Source: a virus
Strand: one strand, 5' to 3'
Length of the DNA stretch: 64,000 nt
IMG/VR virus record: IMGVR_UViG_3300003873_000003
Span: 54,361 to 118,360 of that record
The notes beneath the pieces were generated by a model. The model did no database searches and was not told where the DNA came from. It saw only the letters and a program-made list of their open reading frames with translations. The position numbers were made by a program, and so were the translations under genes. Below, piece after piece: positions 1 through 9,368 of the stretch; the first letter of the stretch is position 1, and each line of letters begins with the position of its first letter.

Positions 1-188
1 GCAGAGCCACTAAGTGCAACTACAGGATGACCACAAGTAGCGACAGCCACGTCACCTACGGCGATGCCTGGGGTAGCACCTTTAACAATAGGGTTACCTG
101 TGACGAACGTACCAGTGTAACCTTGGGGGTTTGTATGGGCAGGGCAAACACCTACACAGATGTCACCAACACACACTAAGGGAGGCAT
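1..188 (-). CDS. PAAR-like spike tip protein (T4 gp5.4-like), truncated by window edge
   Basis: Not in ORF track. Manual translation from ATG at 188: MPPLVCVGDICVGVCPAHTNPQGYTGTFVTGNPIVKGATPGIAVGDVAVATCGHPVVALSGS. Repeated VGD units plus C..H and CGH metal ligands are typical of PAAR proteins. Confidence 0.7.
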   Translation of the reverse strand, partial: MPPLVCVGDICVGVCPAHTNPQGYTGTFVTGNPIVKGATPGIAVGDVAVATCGHPVVALSGS

Positions 189-189
189 A

Positions 190-960
190 TCACTCTCCCT
201 CAACCACGGCTAACATCTTATGGTAGAATAAGTAGCCATGCGCCCCAAGACCTCTTGTATCCTCGCTCGCCTCCTCCATAACAGCGTCTATCTCCGCCTT
301 AACAACCTCCAAGTCAACATGGGGATGGTTAGCGTCAGAAGCCACAATGTTGTGAGTATCACAATACGAGGCATACACCTTACGCAGGTACGACAGATTG
401 AAGTCATCACGGTCTAAGATACGACCCAAGAGAGGCGTATCCATGTGTTGCTCTAAGGCATAGCGGACGACTGCAAGAGATGCAATACGTTGTTTAACTG
501 GAAGCACAGCATCGAATCGGGAACCGCACATCTTAGAGAGTCGTAGCTCTTCCGTGTTCACCTTAGCGTCAACCAACGGAATAGCGAGGTTCTTTAATAG
601 GACGGGGTTAAGTGTGAGCAGAAACAGCTCTAACAGGTTGCCACACTGTATGACAATGTTTTCAACAGCCTCTGTATGAGCAGGAAGAGTGGAGTTCATC
701 TCCGAACGTACTTGAGATGCGATGCTTTGTAGGACGTTACGAGGAACCCTGTCCCCTAAGCCAGTGTAGTCTAAGTGTGAAATATCATCACTACCGAACA
801 GGTCAATGTAGTCATCAACGTCTTCGGACGCTACAACATAATCCATAACGTCAAGTAAGTCGAGGTAAACAATCAATAGATTCCTAAACTTATCAGGGGT
901 AAGCATTGAGGTAAGACCTTTATGCAGGTCGAACAGGTCATCGGGGATACGTTCTCCCAT
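190..960 (-). CDS. hypothetical helical protein (paralogue 1 of 3)
   Basis: ORF 190..1017; likely start ATG 960 after AAGGAG. No known motif. Confidence 0.7.
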   Translation of the reverse strand: MGERIPDDLFDLHKGLTSMLTPDKFRNLLIVYLDLLDVMDYVVASEDVDDYIDLFGSDDISHLDYTGLGDRVPRNVLQSIASQVRSEMNSTLPAHTEAVENIVIQCGNLLELFLLTLNPVLLKNLAIPLVDAKVNTEELRLSKMCGSRFDAVLPVKQRIASLAVVRYALEQHMDTPLLGRILDRDDFNLSYLRKVYASYCDTHNIVASDANHPHVDLEVVKAEIDAVMEEASEDTRGLGAHGYLFYHKMLAVVEGE

Positions 961-985
961 AATGGTATTCTCCTTTGTACGAATG

Positions 986-1765
986 TTATACGCCGTTATA
1001 CGAAAGGTGGAGGGCAAACGCTACTCTTTGTTGGGAGTGGTAGGAATCGTCAGACATAGCGTCACGAGCCTCTTTCTTTATAAGGGCTAGTGCTGATTTA
1101 CACTTATCATAAACACGCACGTTCAGTCCATCAACCTCGTGGTCGGGGAGCAAGTGGATGAGGCGCATGACAGTGTACTGTTTGTCTATGTACGAAGAAA
1201 CATCAGTATCGAACTTCCAGTGAGGTATCTTGGTAGAACGTAATGCCTTGAGAGCCAACTGGCACACTGAGGACGAATAGGACACACGCTGCAAATGAGA
1301 CTCATGCAAGCTTGCATCCTCGGTATGACCCCTATGAAGTTTCAAGAAATGGGATTCATCCGCTAACAACGCAGCTCGCTTCTTCAAAGAAGGGATAACC
1401 ATCCTATGCAGCAATGTACGGATACGCAGAACACCGAACGTTCGCACCAAGTCATCCACTTGCTTCTCAAGCGACACGAGCGTCATCCACAAGGAGCCCA
1501 TACGAACGACATCTTTGGCGGAATTTATATCAGCGGTATCAGCAAATGACCGCATGGTAGTATCGAAGTCTATGAGTTGAGCCCAAAGCTCATCTAAAGC
1601 AGACCGTGCAGCTACCCAGTGGTCGTGGGGGATAAGTGTAACATCGCTGTATGCCGAGCCACAACCTTCCAAGGTGAGAAAGTCCATTAACGGTCGGAGC
1701 TTACTCAAACACGCTTGGAATCGAGTATCGTAGTCTTTATCATCTATATTGGTGCATTCGCTCAT
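986..1765 (-). CDS. hypothetical helical protein (paralogue 2 of 3)
   Basis: 259-aa ORF with AAAGGAG RBS; C-terminus weakly resembles its neighbours. Confidence 0.75.
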   Translation of the reverse strand: MSECTNIDDKDYDTRFQACLSKLRPLMDFLTLEGCGSAYSDVTLIPHDHWVAARSALDELWAQLIDFDTTMRSFADTADINSAKDVVRMGSLWMTLVSLEKQVDDLVRTFGVLRIRTLLHRMVIPSLKKRAALLADESHFLKLHRGHTEDASLHESHLQRVSYSSSVCQLALKALRSTKIPHWKFDTDVSSYIDKQYTVMRLIHLLPDHEVDGLNVRVYDKCKSALALIKKEARDAMSDDSYHSQQRVAFALHLSYNGV

Positions 1766-1794
1766 CGGGAGCTCCTTTGTTTAAGTAATCGTAT

Positions 1795-2439
1795 CTAGTC
1801 AGAAGTGCATCTGTATATGTAGTCCAAGTAGTTCGCCAGATGATAGGCAAAGTCAGCTCGCACCTCGACATCACGGTACAGGTCAACATCACTAACAACA
1901 TCAACCACATGAGCAATCGCTTCATCCGCTAGGGACGCAACACGATAGTCAGACCGTGAGATTTCACCTGAACCTGCCAAATAGATAAGGAAGGTAACAC
2001 TATTTATGGAGCCCAAATCAAAGTATTCTGTAGGAGGTATCCACATCACCACACGCAACGCCAAGTCCAAGGCATTAACCTTTCGGCGAGCAGCACGGAT
2101 ACTACGCACACGCATTTCAGGGGTTTCTCCGATGAAACAATGGGCGTGGTAAGAGTATTCGGTGTACGCCGACCTACGCAAAGCCCTAAGAGTCTCTAGG
2201 TAAAGACGCTTCATAAAACGGTTTTCAGCTATGGTTACCTCGGTTAAGAGATTACCGAGCGCATCAGACTCTAGGGGTTCATCAATCACAGATTGAACTA
2301 TGTCAGCCACACCCGACAAAGGGTTGTATTGACGAAGGGTATCACGGATGACTTCTGCCCGACGTGTATTTAACTTTGCTATTGATACAGTCGTGGACGA
2401 AGGTAAGTCACAGTTAGAATGCTCTGTTACAGTAGGCAT
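1795..2439 (-). CDS. hypothetical helical protein (paralogue 3 of 3)
   Basis: 214-aa ORF with GGAG RBS. Confidence 0.75.
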   Translation of the reverse strand: MPTVTEHSNCDLPSSTTVSIAKLNTRRAEVIRDTLRQYNPLSGVADIVQSVIDEPLESDALGNLLTEVTIAENRFMKRLYLETLRALRRSAYTEYSYHAHCFIGETPEMRVRSIRAARRKVNALDLALRVVMWIPPTEYFDLGSINSVTFLIYLAGSGEISRSDYRVASLADEAIAHVVDVVSDVDLYRDVEVRADFAYHLANYLDYIYRCTSD

Positions 2440-2585
2440 TATTTAAGCTCCAAGGGATAAGGTTATCCAATATACGAAATAAGAGGGCAAGTGTGCAGGT
2501 GTAGGGGAAACCACCGACCACCTCACTAGGAACTACTGGCACAACTAAAAAACTACATGCCTAGCAATTAGCAAAGGTAGCCGTC

Positions 2586-4670
2586 TCACACTTTGTTTAA
2601 GTGTGCCTCCCCTCCACTACGAGTAACACGGTACACGTCACCTAAGCCCATATCAAAAGGCGATACGACCACTACATTCACCAACTTAGACAAGCTAGGT
2701 AAGAACTCGGAGATGAACAGCGACTTGCTGCTATCATCCATACCGCTCTCAATCTCATCGAAGATGACGGTATCGACTCTGCTTGTCTGGGGCATGATGC
2801 TTATAAGGGAGATGTAAAGCAAGCAAATAAACTGCCTGCGCTCTGCGCCACTAAGCATACGGACATCTGACACTAGACCCGAAGGTCGTGTAACAACAAT
2901 CTGCAAAGAGGAAGGGTTGACGATAATCTCAAACTTAAAGGATTCTGCGAATAGCAGGCTTCTGTAGGTATTAAGCTTCTTAGTACAGACAGCAGCCAAA
3001 GCCCGAAGCGTATGTATCTTGATACCTGTGTTTGAGTAAGCATCTGCTAAGGCAGAGTAACACACTAAGTCATCAAGCTCCTCTTCAAGTTCATCAAGCT
3101 CTAACTTCAATTCCGCCTGCTCTTCCAAGTCTTTCTCATAGAGAGCCCGACTGACCTCATACCCGTGCAGCTCGTTTGACAACGATTTTATACGTTTGCC
3201 TAGCTTACCAAGCCTCACCGTATCAGGGTTAGTCTCAGGCAGGGCAACCCCATAAGCGTCTCGGTAGTCCTCGATGTTAAAATCGAGTGGTGTTGGCTTG
3301 GTTGGTTTCGGTACGGGCTTGACTATAGCTCTACGCAACCAAGAGCGGTGTTCGTCTATCTCATCCTCGATGTCGTTTAATCGTGATAACATAGGCTTAA
3401 TATCAACCTTCCCTAGAGTCTTCTCCAGCCTAGCCCTCTCCTGCACGGATTTCAAGGAATCGTTGAACTCGGTGCGCTTCAACAGCTCGGCTTTATACTT
3501 GGCGACCCTAGACTTGGACTTATCGTACAAGGCTTGGATGGAATCAGCATCTAGCTCCGAAGAGCAGGTAGGGCATACGCAAACACCGACAATACCCTCC
3601 AGAGAAGCTACAAGCTCAAGTGCTTGGGATAGCCTACCTTCAATCTCTGATACAGGTTTCGGTGACGCATCTGCACTTACCTTAACAGTTACCGTAGGGA
3701 GGCGAGCTATCTCTGCCTTCACAGACTTGTTACTGGCACTAATACGGCGTGCAGCACGAACCTCAACCTTCAAGTCAGCAAGCTCCGAGGTCAAGGCATC
3801 CAAAAGGTCTTGGCGTTCTTCTCGTGACATGGGGTCAGGCTTGTATGCCTTAAACTTCCTGTATGCCGCTGCATCTGCCTTATATGACTTTACAGCGGTG
3901 GCGTATGCAGAATAAGCGTCTAAAGCGGCTGTGTAGTCTGCCTTACTCAATGGTACTAGGGCTTTAGCCGAGGACGTTAACCTATCGTAGTTCTGTTGCT
4001 GAAAGGTTGTTTCAGCGCACAGCTTCTGCAAACGTTCGTACTGCTTCCGATACTTACGGAGCTTCTCCACATCCGCTGACCTATCAGGGACTACCTCCAC
4101 TTCCTTAATGCGGTCGTTAAGAGTCTCGAACCTGACTTTCTTTTTCTTCAACTCACGCACTTTAGCCAACATGGGTTTCTGCAAGTCAGCGTACTGCTCT
4201 AGGGGAAAAATCTCCTCGAACGCTACCAGTCGGTTAGCATCAGTTCCGTTTAGAAACGGCGAGAAAAGCAAACTATTGATATAGAAGGTTGAGTAGAACA
4301 TAGCAGGGGTTAATGGAAATATCTCTCTCACCATCTCCTTAGCATGTGACTTAGTGCGAACAGCTAAGTCCTTACCATCACGGTAAATCTTATAGCCCCC
4401 ATCATAGATTATCTTATAACGGTGTTCATTCGTGAACTCGACAGTAATAGTCCCTGTCTTCAACTTCGCTCTCGACACAGCAAGAGGGTGGTCTTGAAGC
4501 ACGGTACAGAGTGCATAGAACATAGCAGACTTGCCTGCCCCATTACTGCTGTGTGGTTTCCTGTCTTTATTGAGACCTATCACGGAAGTTAAAGGGGCGT
4601 TACCGAACTGAAAGGTGGTATCGACATGGTGCGCACAACCCTCTAGTCGAATACTGTGCATCTCAATCAT
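2586..4670 (-). CDS. sbcC: SbcC/Rad50-like SMC ATPase (T4 gp46-like recombination nuclease subunit)
   Basis: Walker A NGAGKS, coiled coils, zinc hook CPTC, signature LSGAE, Walker B VIFDE. Likely start 4670 after AAGGAG. Confidence 0.92.
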   Translation of the reverse strand: MIEMHSIRLEGCAHHVDTTFQFGNAPLTSVIGLNKDRKPHSSNGAGKSAMFYALCTVLQDHPLAVSRAKLKTGTITVEFTNEHRYKIIYDGGYKIYRDGKDLAVRTKSHAKEMVREIFPLTPAMFYSTFYINSLLFSPFLNGTDANRLVAFEEIFPLEQYADLQKPMLAKVRELKKKKVRFETLNDRIKEVEVVPDRSADVEKLRKYRKQYERLQKLCAETTFQQQNYDRLTSSAKALVPLSKADYTAALDAYSAYATAVKSYKADAAAYRKFKAYKPDPMSREERQDLLDALTSELADLKVEVRAARRISASNKSVKAEIARLPTVTVKVSADASPKPVSEIEGRLSQALELVASLEGIVGVCVCPTCSSELDADSIQALYDKSKSRVAKYKAELLKRTEFNDSLKSVQERARLEKTLGKVDIKPMLSRLNDIEDEIDEHRSWLRRAIVKPVPKPTKPTPLDFNIEDYRDAYGVALPETNPDTVRLGKLGKRIKSLSNELHGYEVSRALYEKDLEEQAELKLELDELEEELDDLVCYSALADAYSNTGIKIHTLRALAAVCTKKLNTYRSLLFAESFKFEIIVNPSSLQIVVTRPSGLVSDVRMLSGAERRQFICLLYISLISIMPQTSRVDTVIFDEIESGMDDSSKSLFISEFLPSLSKLVNVVVVSPFDMGLGDVYRVTRSGGEAHLNKV

Positions 4671-5913
4671 GGGTACTGACTCCTTTGAACGAAGAACCAA
4701 AGTTAAATGAGGTATCTAGACGAAGCGCAAAGACGCACTCGGGGCATACATGGATGTGGTTATTCTGCTTACCGTCAAGAATACCACTAGCATGGTAAGC
4801 TGTAGTATAGTCACCCTCGGGGAACTCGAACCCACAGATGTCACAAGATAGGCGTACAGAGGCATCAGCTTGAGAGTCATCCAAAGGCGTAGCGACAAGA
4901 GTACGCCTAGGAGAGTCGGGGGCAATAAAAGAAATCTTACCTTCACTATCAGCAGTAATATCAAGAACATCAACATCAAACACCCTACAGGCAGTCTCAC
5001 ATACCGCACAATAAAGGATAGACTCAACTAAGTGGGAAATATAGCTGTCATCTGTTTCGTTCGACCCCCGTTCGCCACTCAAGGTTTCCATCAGTTCGGA
5101 GGAATACTCGGAGTACGGAAAGTCATCACGAGAGAATACAGTGCTATGATGAACTGATACACCGTCCACACCAATAGAGTAGCGTAGGGCACCTAAAAGC
5201 GGTGGAGGCGTACCAGCCTTCGGATGTAGAGACCCAACCACAAGGATATAATAAAACTGCTCGTGTTCAAAAGGTAAGTGCAACCCTCTTGAATAGTGGG
5301 TAATTAGGGCGTTGTCCGCAGGGCTAAGGCAGGTGGCAGGGTCTGTAGTGTACACAGGTTTCAGTATCGAAGTACCGTTGTGGTAGATATTCATCATAGT
5401 GGGGTCTCCTTGTTTTTGAGCATATTGTAGAGTGTAGCGTAGAGCATAGCTATCAGGTTTGCGGTGGGTGGTTATAACAGTACATCCATTAGCACGAGCG
5501 GCGGCATCAAGTTCGTTAGACAGACACTTGCGCACGATGTATGAAACGTAAGATGCCGAGACAGAAGAAAACGAACTATCGGAGCCTACACTAAAGTACG
5601 TATCAGGTTCGACACATAAGGACTCTTGAAGATTCACGGCATAAGAATCATAAGGAAACGGACTGCAATCAAATACACGTTCAGATAAGACATCCAAACA
5701 TACATCAGATACACAGTACCGTACGATGCCCAAGACACGCATATAACCTGCTGAACCTTGAGCTAGTACACTGATATATTTAGTACGCCCACGAACACCA
5801 AACCTTATGAAGGTGTCTAGCTCGGATAAGTCGTAAGAACCTCTAAGCTCCACTATGTTTTCATCAGTGCAGACAATGAGTAAACTACCAATCGCTTTCA
5901 AAATATCCATCAC
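4663..5913 (-). CDS. hypothetical protein with C-terminal zinc ribbon
   Basis: 416-aa ORF, GGAGG RBS, CDIC...CPEC near the C-terminus. Confidence 0.7.
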   Translation of the reverse strand: MMDILKAIGSLLIVCTDENIVELRGSYDLSELDTFIRFGVRGRTKYISVLAQGSAGYMRVLGIVRYCVSDVCLDVLSERVFDCSPFPYDSYAVNLQESLCVEPDTYFSVGSDSSFSSVSASYVSYIVRKCLSNELDAAARANGCTVITTHRKPDSYALRYTLQYAQKQGDPTMMNIYHNGTSILKPVYTTDPATCLSPADNALITHYSRGLHLPFEHEQFYYILVVGSLHPKAGTPPPLLGALRYSIGVDGVSVHHSTVFSRDDFPYSEYSSELMETLSGERGSNETDDSYISHLVESILYCAVCETACRVFDVDVLDITADSEGKISFIAPDSPRRTLVATPLDDSQADASVRLSCDICGFEFPEGDYTTAYHASGILDGKQNNHIHVCPECVFALRLDTSFNFGSSFKGVSTHD

Positions 5914-5923
5914 GCCTCCAAAG

Positions 5924-5959
5924 AAAAAACGCCACCCCGTGTGTGCGGTAGTGGCGTTT
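5924..5959 (-). terminator. intrinsic terminator-like hairpin
   Basis: AAACGCCAC...GTGGCGTTT stem followed by a T-run on the minus strand. Confidence 0.6.
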
Positions 5960-5999
5960 CGGTTATGCAGTATTTACAGTTTTGAGATTAAGCAGCTAC

Positions 6000-6158
6000 C
6001 TAAAAACTAGGATGCCATTCAGGTAGAACACCATCATGTAAGTACCCCTTAACAGCTTCAATAGAGGCGCACACAAGCACACCACCAGTAACGTTAAGCC
6101 CTGCGAGGGACGCTTTTAGCGATGCCTTAGCGTCAAGATTCATCATGTCATCATACAT
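6000..6158 (-). CDS. small hypothetical protein (52 aa)
   Basis: Not in ORF track. AAGGAG RBS, MYDDMMNLDAKASLKASLAGLNVTGGVLVCASIEAVKGYLHDGVLPEWHPSF; fills the operon gap. Confidence 0.6.
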   Translation of the reverse strand: MYDDMMNLDAKASLKASLAGLNVTGGVLVCASIEAVKGYLHDGVLPEWHPSF

Positions 6159-6170
6159 AGAATAAACTCC

Positions 6171-6365
6171 TTATGGTTTTGGTTCTTCATAACCATGTAA
6201 GACCTGCGAAAGAAACGAGCGGATGCAACGCACAGATAAAGCAACCGCAACCGTCAGGTAAAATACCACCACAACACCACAGAAGATGGCAATTATACCC
6301 CCAGCACCTACGAGACCGACACATAGCTGAAAAAAGCGTTCGAGGAAATCAGATATTGCCGTCAT
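6171..6365 (-). CDS. small membrane protein
   Basis: Start MTAISDF at 6365 after GGAGG; long hydrophobic segment. Confidence 0.65.
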   Translation of the reverse strand: MTAISDFLERFFQLCVGLVGAGGIIAIFCGVVVVFYLTVAVALSVRCIRSFLSQVLHGYEEPKP

Positions 6366-6600
6366 AGGTAGCCTCCTTAGGGGATTCTTCGCACAAGTAA
6401 TCACGGAGTTTAGGGTAGCCGAACGCCTTGAGTACCCCACCAGCTAGTACCAAAGCAATCACTACCACAAGTATAGGTAGGAGTAGGACAACTATAACAA
6501 CACCTACCGTAATGAAGTAGGCTAGGAGATTAAGACCATCTACAACGATGGTACGTAAAAACGTCCAACTGTTAGCAAGAAATTTTGTTACTTGTTCCAT
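6349..6600 (-). CDS. small membrane protein
   Basis: 83 aa, GGAGG RBS, long uncharged Val/Leu-rich segment. Confidence 0.7.
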   Translation of the reverse strand: MEQVTKFLANSWTFLRTIVVDGLNLLAYFITVGVVIVVLLLPILVVVIALVLAGGVLKAFGYPKLRDYLCEESPKEATYDGNI

Positions 6601-6652
6601 CAGTATAGCCTCCGAGCTAGTTTAAGTTTTAAGTTCACATAGCATGTGTACA

Positions 6653-7027
6653 TCACCACCTACCCCAGTATCTAAACAAGTCCTTGATTCTAACACCTAC
6701 CCGAACCGAGAAAGAAGTGAACCGTGACTCAATATAGTCTAAAGCAGCAACAAGCAACTTAGTGGACTCTCTACCTACAGCTTCCACCAAGTACGCAAGA
6801 AGCCACACGAAAGAAAGAGCTAGAGTGATGAGTAGCATAGGGACCAACAACGTAAGCCACAGCAAACAGTATCCCACAACAACACACAAAGGGAGAAGGA
6901 ACACTGCAACCTTCGAGCATATTGACTGCGCATGATGCAGCAAGTCCCACTTTACGAGAAGGTGCGCCACATAGCTTTGCGCACTTAACCACATAATGTT
7001 TAGGTTACGGATAACAGAGTTAATCAT
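6653..7027 (-). CDS. small membrane protein
   Basis: 124 aa, overlaps the upstream stop (ATGA), 1-2 hydrophobic helices. Confidence 0.7.
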   Translation of the reverse strand: MINSVIRNLNIMWLSAQSYVAHLLVKWDLLHHAQSICSKVAVFLLPLCVVVGYCLLWLTLLVPMLLITLALSFVWLLAYLVEAVGRESTKLLVAALDYIESRFTSFSVRVGVRIKDLFRYWGRW

Positions 7028-8097
7028 AGCGCCAGCAACCGAGCAATCAATAGTTGCTTATCATCAATGGTGAAGGTCGTGAACTCTTTTTTCAAGTCAA
7101 CCAACCCATTCATAATCGCAGTCATGTCTTCCAAATCAGGAGCTTCTTTTAGCTTGCGGAACTTGGCTAAGAACGTGCGTCTATCATACGAAACATAGTC
7201 CAGCTTCACCTTAGACATGTAGTACAAGGCACAAGTATGAAACTCAAGCATCTTACCTAGAGCCCCAATACTGCAATAGCGAACAATGCTTGTTGGGTTG
7301 TTCGTATAAACACCCATCAGAACTTCAATGGCAGCAACCCCACTTGTCACGTCAAACTGCTCACCGAATGTTTTAAGGACATCAACGTTCTCGCCTGACG
7401 CAATGATGTTAGCCACACCTTCGAGAAGCTGCAAAGAGTCCCTAGGTTGACCGCCTGTAGCATCAAGGATTTGACTCAAGATTTTATCCCGTTCTTCTTG
7501 GCTCTTGAATCGGATACGCTCTGCCTTAGCAGTAGCCTTCAAGAAAGGCATCATATCCTTAGGGGTCAACCTACGTAGGTTCAGCTTAACACATCGACCG
7601 ATGATGGTGTTCATCATCTTATCAGGGTCAGTTGTAGCCAAGAGGAACACTGTATGTTCAGGGGGTTCTTCCAGTAACTTCAACAAACACGATGCACCTG
7701 CTTTTGTCATTTGGTGACATTCATCGAGCAAAAAGACCCGCATGTTGTAATGAGGCATAAATTGAGATTGTTGCTTCAATGCACGGATGTCGTCAATACC
7801 ACGGCTATCACCCATGTTCATCTCGATGAAATCGGGGTGCATGGTGGATTTGCAAGAGGAACACTCGCCGCAGGGGTCGGCTCCTTTTAGGTTTTGGCAG
7901 TTCACAATCGAAGCTAAGATTCGAGATATGGTTGTCTTTCCACTTCCAGTGTCTCCAGATATTAAGATAGCGTTAGGTACGTTACGGCGCTTAACCATAC
8001 CTTTTATCATATCACACACAGGCTTTTGACCAACAACCTCGCCGAGCGTTCGAGGGCGCAGTTTCACCGCCAAACTTTCTGATACCATTGAACTCAT
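7024..8097 (-). CDS. dnaX: clamp-loader AAA+ ATPase, DNA polymerase III gamma/tau-like
   Basis: LAVKLRP..L.EVVGQ, Walker A GDTGSGKTT, Zn module C...PCGECSSC, DECHQM, LLKLLEEPP, TIIGRC. Confidence 0.93.
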   Translation of the reverse strand: MSSMVSESLAVKLRPRTLGEVVGQKPVCDMIKGMVKRRNVPNAILISGDTGSGKTTISRILASIVNCQNLKGADPCGECSSCKSTMHPDFIEMNMGDSRGIDDIRALKQQSQFMPHYNMRVFLLDECHQMTKAGASCLLKLLEEPPEHTVFLLATTDPDKMMNTIIGRCVKLNLRRLTPKDMMPFLKATAKAERIRFKSQEERDKILSQILDATGGQPRDSLQLLEGVANIIASGENVDVLKTFGEQFDVTSGVAAIEVLMGVYTNNPTSIVRYCSIGALGKMLEFHTCALYYMSKVKLDYVSYDRRTFLAKFRKLKEAPDLEDMTAIMNGLVDLKKEFTTFTIDDKQLLIARLLAL

Positions 8098-8158
8098 AAT
8101 GAAACTCCTATTAAACTATAATAAAACTCTTTCACGTCATTTACAGAAACCTACAACG

Positions 8159-8196
8159 AAAAAGGCAACGTAACTGATATAGTGTTACGTTGCCTT
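8159..8196 (-). terminator. intrinsic terminator
   Basis: 13-bp perfect stem AAGGCAACGTAAC/GTTACGTTGCCTT with a T-run on minus, right after the 8206 stop. Confidence 0.75.
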
Positions 8197-8205
8197 AACA
8201 TAAAG

Positions 8206-8862
8206 CTAGTCCCCTACAGTATCGTCACTAGGTACGAGACTTTCAGTTTCATCGGTTGATTCATCGGGATTGCGGACATAGCCGTCACCCTCGGTAGTTG
8301 AGCTGTCAACATCCATAGACAAAGGAGCCGCAGAATAACAGGTGGACGGCACATACCAACCTTCGAGCAGCAAGTCTTCGAGCGATGGGTTCCAACCTCC
8401 GCAGAAAAGTCGGTCAGGTTCAACGGTCAAGGCTTCACCTACATCGTCATAGGTGTTCTTATCGAACAAGTACACACCCAACATCATAGAGGAGGGGTCA
8501 TAGTCTTTCAAGGCGAAAGGTTTTAGTGGGTCAGGTGCTACAGAATCCACCAAAGCAACCACCATAACAGTCTCCTTCTGCGCAGGCGTAAGAACAACAG
8601 GGATAGAGGCAGGTAATGCCCCATCGAAGTTCTTATGTGCAACTAGCTTACCACGATGCAGAACATCAAGCAAGCAAGTGCGCTCTACAGGTTCAGAGAC
8701 AGTAGCAGCTACTGCGGAGTGTAAGCTATCAATAGCCTCACCTACGGTATCACCCGATGCTATATCTTGTGTTACATCAGCCCCCGTTGCAGTGACTTTA
8801 GTGGTTGTAGTACCATTTGAGGTTTTACCTCGCTTGTTCTTGTTCTTTCTCATTTTCATCAT
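8206..8862 (-). CDS. hypothetical protein
   Basis: 218 aa, AAGGAG RBS, basic N-terminus and acidic C-terminus. Confidence 0.7.
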   Translation of the reverse strand: MMKMRKNKNKRGKTSNGTTTTKVTATGADVTQDIASGDTVGEAIDSLHSAVAATVSEPVERTCLLDVLHRGKLVAHKNFDGALPASIPVVLTPAQKETVMVVALVDSVAPDPLKPFALKDYDPSSMMLGVYLFDKNTYDDVGEALTVEPDRLFCGGWNPSLEDLLLEGWYVPSTCYSAAPLSMDVDSSTTEGDGYVRNPDESTDETESLVPSDDTVGD

Positions 8863-8939
8863 TCTCCTTTTAGTTTAACTTAGTAGGGGTTCAACTAGAC
8901 ATGCGTAACTGCACTCTAGGACTTACACTGTTTAAGTGA

Positions 8940-9317
8940 CTAACTTGTAGTATCACCTTCGCCGTTAGCAGTCTCCCGCATAGCTTGTTTATATTGGCGC
9001 AAGCGAAGAATATCCTTATTCAGTTTGTACTCTTGCCGACATGCTTTACGGACTCGTTTCTGATAGGAAGCCTCCAGACCATCATTTAGGTTAGCGACTA
9101 AACCCTTGACGGTATCAGACTGACCAGCAACACTAAGTGACTCATCAAGAAGAAGTTTAGCCTCGTGTATCGCCAACGAACACCTAAGAAGCTTTTTGCT
9201 GCGGCGAGCTACTTTACGTTCCAAACGGATTAGGGTTCGCAAGCCCGAGTTGGATTCAGTTAAGTACGCTGATTTTCCTCCCCCTGTATCCGACTGCTTG
9301 TCTTTCTCGTTACTCAT
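8940..9317 (-). CDS. hypothetical basic coiled-coil protein
   Basis: 125 aa, AAGGAGG RBS. Confidence 0.7.
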   Translation of the reverse strand: MSNEKDKQSDTGGGKSAYLTESNSGLRTLIRLERKVARRSKKLLRCSLAIHEAKLLLDESLSVAGQSDTVKGLVANLNDGLEASYQKRVRKACRQEYKLNKDILRLRQYKQAMRETANGEGDTTS

Positions 9318-9368
9318 TGTTTGTACCTCCTTTCGTACTTCGTGCGGTGGCTTTACACTTTCTAGCCA

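Noticed and set aside
3274-3915. 213-aa plus-strand ORF and similar antisense ORFs across the window
   Set aside because: Fully nested opposite motif-supported genes, with no recognisable RBS or domains.
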